Shown piece by piece: positions 60,401 through 64,000 of a DNA stretch of 64,000 bases. Source of the stretch: Bugula neritina. Its lineage: Eukaryota; Animalia; Bryozoa. The stretch is taken from NCBI GenBank assembly GCA_964035545.1, contig OZ037767.1:20848628-20912627 (forward strand), read 5' to 3'. How positions within the stretch are numbered: the first letter of the stretch is position 1; each line of letters begins with the position of its first letter. Below the pieces are notes generated by a model. That model was given only the letters and a program-made list of their open reading frames with translations, did not search any database and was not told the DNA's origin. Made by a program: the position numbers and the translations under genes.

Positions 60401-61527
60401 TATTCTGTCATATAATAGCTGCCCAGGAGAGGCTAAGAAAACATGTTTTTGCTGCTGTGTTGCTTCATAAGGCAAAGCGTGTTATTCTACGTCTAGCCAT
60501 TTTGACAACAAGATATGAAAATTCTCAACGGAAGCTTTAAAATAAAGCTTAAATGATGTCTGTATATAAGCAGCTTTTATAAAAAAGAATTAAAGAAACA
60601 AATTGAAGAAATCTCTTTGATATTGGAGCTTGTGTTGTAGGTGTGAAATAAACCTACCTTAGTGTTAGAGCTGGTGGTTTTGGTGAAAGTACCGGATCGA
60701 TTGCTCCTGGATCCACTTTTCAGCAGCGTGCTGTCATCATACGCTGCCGCTTTGTTTTCTTTTTGCTTTTTGCCACAGACAACGCAGCTGAGTGAGAGGT
60801 AGAATATGAGACAGAAGAGAATCGGGAGAAGGAAGAGGAAGACGAGAGAAATAACGGTATGGGCCTTTGGAGCGAGGGTCGGCCATACGTCCAGGTTAAA
60901 CACTTTACATCTCTACGACAATACGCAATAATACAAAACACAAGTGATATATAAATGAAATGCAATCTACAAATTACATGATACACATGTGATAAGGATA
61001 AAGTTAAATTATTTAACAAAATATATTAAAAGTGCATTGATTATGCATTAAACTATCAAGTACAACTTATTATGGTAATTGTGAGCCTTGTGCTTATTGC
61101 CCTAATGTAAATGTAAGGTGCTACTTTACATGGCAGACTAATTGATAATCTCTTGCTAATTTTAAGTCAACCTTTATTTAAGGATCTAGTAGCTATGAGG
61201 TTTATTGCAAGACATAATGATATAGAAATGGTACGGTACGAAAAACCTGATGAGACACAACCTGGAATAAATTTAAAAAGTTTGGAGTTACACAGAATGG
61301 CAAAGCTTCCTAAGTTTTAGAGTTGCTACTTACATTAATCTTATCGCCTTCCTTGCCATTGGTATCAACAGGAAATGAGATTTCTTCGTAAGCAAATATG
61401 GCTAGAGGTAGCCCACAGATGGCCCCAATAATCCATATAGCCAAGTTACCAATAAAGGCTTGGTTCTTAGCAGAAGTTCGGTGGCGAGGAGGGGCAGCAA
61501 AGGCTACGTACCGCTCTATACTCAGGG
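54410..61527 (-). CDS. Class A (rhodopsin-family) GPCR, probably peptide-receptor-like; 5' partial (TM1-TM3 exons not found in the window)
   Basis: Exons 61334-61527 (LSIERY, TM4 W), 60658-60912 (ECL2 Cys, TM5 FLLP..FY), 58075-58368 (TM6 FTLLWAP, TM7 NAALTPF, helix 8 SKSFK), then in-phase tail exons 57370-57488, 56897-57023, 55835-56088, 54410-54545. Confidence 0.85.
57186..57256. repeat. (ACTC)n-type simple repeat
   Basis: Direct inspection. Confidence 0.85.
59476..60244. mobile_element. Kolobok-type MITE, copy 2 (inverted relative to copy 1), in a GPCR intron
   Basis: Same TIRs; TTAA at 59472-59475 and 60245-60248; reverse complement of 25812-26579 with scattered substitutions. Confidence 0.88.
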
Positions 61528-62829
61528 CTGAAACATAAGCAAATGTGAATAATACCAGGCAGTGGTTTTAAGATAATGTCCCACAGTACAGGGAAAACAT
61601 TTAGACTGATTTTAGTAAAGGAGTAGAAAAAATAGTTTGGAAATGCTCATTTAAGCACAATTGATGCAATAATATTTACAGCCTAAATTCATTGTCAAAT
61701 ATATACTGATTACAGAGGAGTATAAAGAGGTGAAATATTATGTTAGTGGAAGACTAACATAATTACTAGAAGAATTTGAAAGATACCAAGTATAGTTGGC
61801 ATTGTGATCTTATATAAGGATTGCTACACTCAAATCTTTTTGGCACAAGCATACTATTATCCTAATTGCAGCTGGTATACATTATTCAATACATTATATG
61901 CAATACAGGTTAGCACAGCTATGCACCAGGCCATAGATGTAGATATAGAAATGCTGTGTTATCAATGGGTCTCTTATGCTGTAAAGCATCTCCACATACT
62001 TTGGTGTCATCACTGAGCAGCATCACTGAATATTTTATAGGTGGGAAGAAAAAGACAAAGGCATTTAGACTTTAGTATATCTTAGTCACAGAAAGAAGAA
62101 AATGAGTCATTTTGATGAACTAACATACCATAACACAGTTTTTTGACAGAAATACCAAATTTTCATTTCAAACTACTGCACACAATTACTAATCGATTTT
62201 GAAGCTATGGCTTTGCACCATACATTTGAATTTAGTGAATGGTGATGTTTCCTGTGAAACATGCAAGCAAAACATCAATGATGAAAGAGACATCAATTAT
62301 ACACACTAGTTACTGATATTTTAATTATGAAAAAGGTTTTCGAGTAGCTGTATTTAGTATATTATGCACTGCTCATTGTAGCATTCCAGAATGCAATATG
62401 GTATACACGTGTCCAACAGAAAGATAACGCATAATATTATGTGCCGTTGAGTGCAAAATAAGATTTCAATTTGACTAGCTGCAACCTCTCTGTTTGTAAT
62501 ATACAGCTATTGTAAAGTCATACGATCCTCTCTCAACTTTTCACATCTAATTGTCACCTTTATGATTTAAATCAAACACATGAATATAATATGTAATAGA
62601 TGTTTTTGGTTTTAATAACATTATTCACATTTTAAAGTATGAATAATATTTTAGAAATGTTTAATCAACTTCATGATGTGATGATTTGGTACATCTTCTA
62701 TAGCATCAAAGGTCAAGACCTTCAGCTTGCGCCATAACAATTATACAGATGACCTATCAACAGTCATAGCCTTGTTTATCTCTATTTATGAAAACAATAA
62801 CATTAAGCCTCAGTCTTGATTACCTGTTA

Positions 62830-63173
62830 GCCTAGGGCCACACTGTGCGTATTTTCGCATTCGAAAATTGAAATCACAAGTAGCAAAGATGTCCACTGTA
62901 GCGTCAGTGATGCGTGATAAATAAAGCTTTCATTTTTAAATCCCACTCGCTTTCAATAAAACGCAATTTACTGGAATGTAGCCCTAAAATAAAGAAATTG
63001 GGCTCGCTGAATAACTACCAGCCAATTAGGTGACGACGACAGAGACGATTCGCACTTGCGTTGAAAATGCTGAGCGACAAGTGCGAAGGTTTCCTCAACG
63101 CTCACAGTGGACACCTTTGCTACTTGTGATTTCAATTTTCGCATGCGAAAATACGCACCGTGTGGCCCTAGGC
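62830..63173. mobile_element. PIF/Harbinger-type MITE, copy 2
   Basis: TIR GCCTAGGGCCACAC...GTGTGGCCCTAGGC; TTA on both flanks; same length as copy 1. Confidence 0.85.
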
Positions 63174-64000
63174 TTAAAGGAGAACTGATAATTTCAACAC
63201 TGCACTTGTCAATTTAAATTAGTCAAAGGAGACTGCTTTCTAGAAAGTTTCAATTCACATGAGTGACAAGGCTGTGATGAGACTAGTGCTGTGCTCTGAA
63301 CATGCTCCGAATATTTAGTTATACAGGTGGCATGTCTCTGGCAAGTTTACGAAACCAAAGCAGCTACAACTTGTAGGCTACGCCTACCTACTTAGTGCCA
63401 CCATGTTTACCATCCTTCATTTTACAAATGCATTTACTGACTAAAAAAAGAAGTGAAAAGCAAGATTTACTTGAAGCTTATGTGTTCCAACATTCAATAT
63501 TTAACGATTTTGCAAGGTTAGACCCCAGATGACCTCGGGTTAAGGGCAGAAACCAGCTGTATAGTACATGCATTGTAATCATGGCAATCATTAAGTAATG
63601 ATACTAAGAATTTCACACAAGCTTAGTGAAAAGATTAACTATCTATAAAATCATCAGATGCCAAAACAAGTATCCAGTTACTCCGAGATGCAGGCTACCA
63701 AATAAAAGACACAAGATAAAATCACGCTTAACTAGAAGCACCCTGAGTTTGTGTAACTTGATTTTAGGCAGTCAGTAAACAGTGCTGGGTGATTCATTTT
63801 GCAAAAAACATCTTTCAGCATATAATAAAAATTGGCAAAGGAGAATTGTAGATTTTTCAAATAGCCTAGTTCTAGCGAAACTTTGTAGCACGGAATGCTT
63901 TCTAAACATAAAATAAAGCAATCACACTTCAAACTAAAATGCTAAACCAAGAACCATAAACCTAAGCTAGATATTGTACAGCTGCATATGCACTTATACA

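Overview
AT-rich, intron-dense animal (invertebrate) genomic DNA, not prokaryotic. I rebuilt six spliced genes by hand from GT-AG junctions with consistent phases: (1) a minus-strand type I membrane protein with a CUB-like ectodomain and Tyr/Pro-rich tail (4132-14455); (2) a minus-strand 4-finger C2H2 protein (16662-19736); (3) a 21-exon anoctamin/TMEM16, ANO7-like (22642-36312, +); (4) an espin/forked-like ankyrin protein (39800-48130, +); (5) SNIP1/Pml1 (48492-52758, -); (6) a 5'-truncated class A GPCR with a long Cys-string tail (54410-61527, -). Introns and intergenic DNA carry two Kolobok-type MITEs (TTAA TSD), two PIF/Harbinger-type MITEs (TWA TSD), a hAT-type MITE, a shortened tRNA-like element and many minisatellites. 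The most unusual signal is that several intronic tandem arrays are built from the exon/intron junction itself. One SNIP1 intron is almost entirely 17 tandem copies of its own 5' splice site, where every distal donor would introduce a stop. Two anoctamin donors are also multiplied, one of them in frame within the TM4-TM5 region. Gene models are manual and unverified by RNA data.
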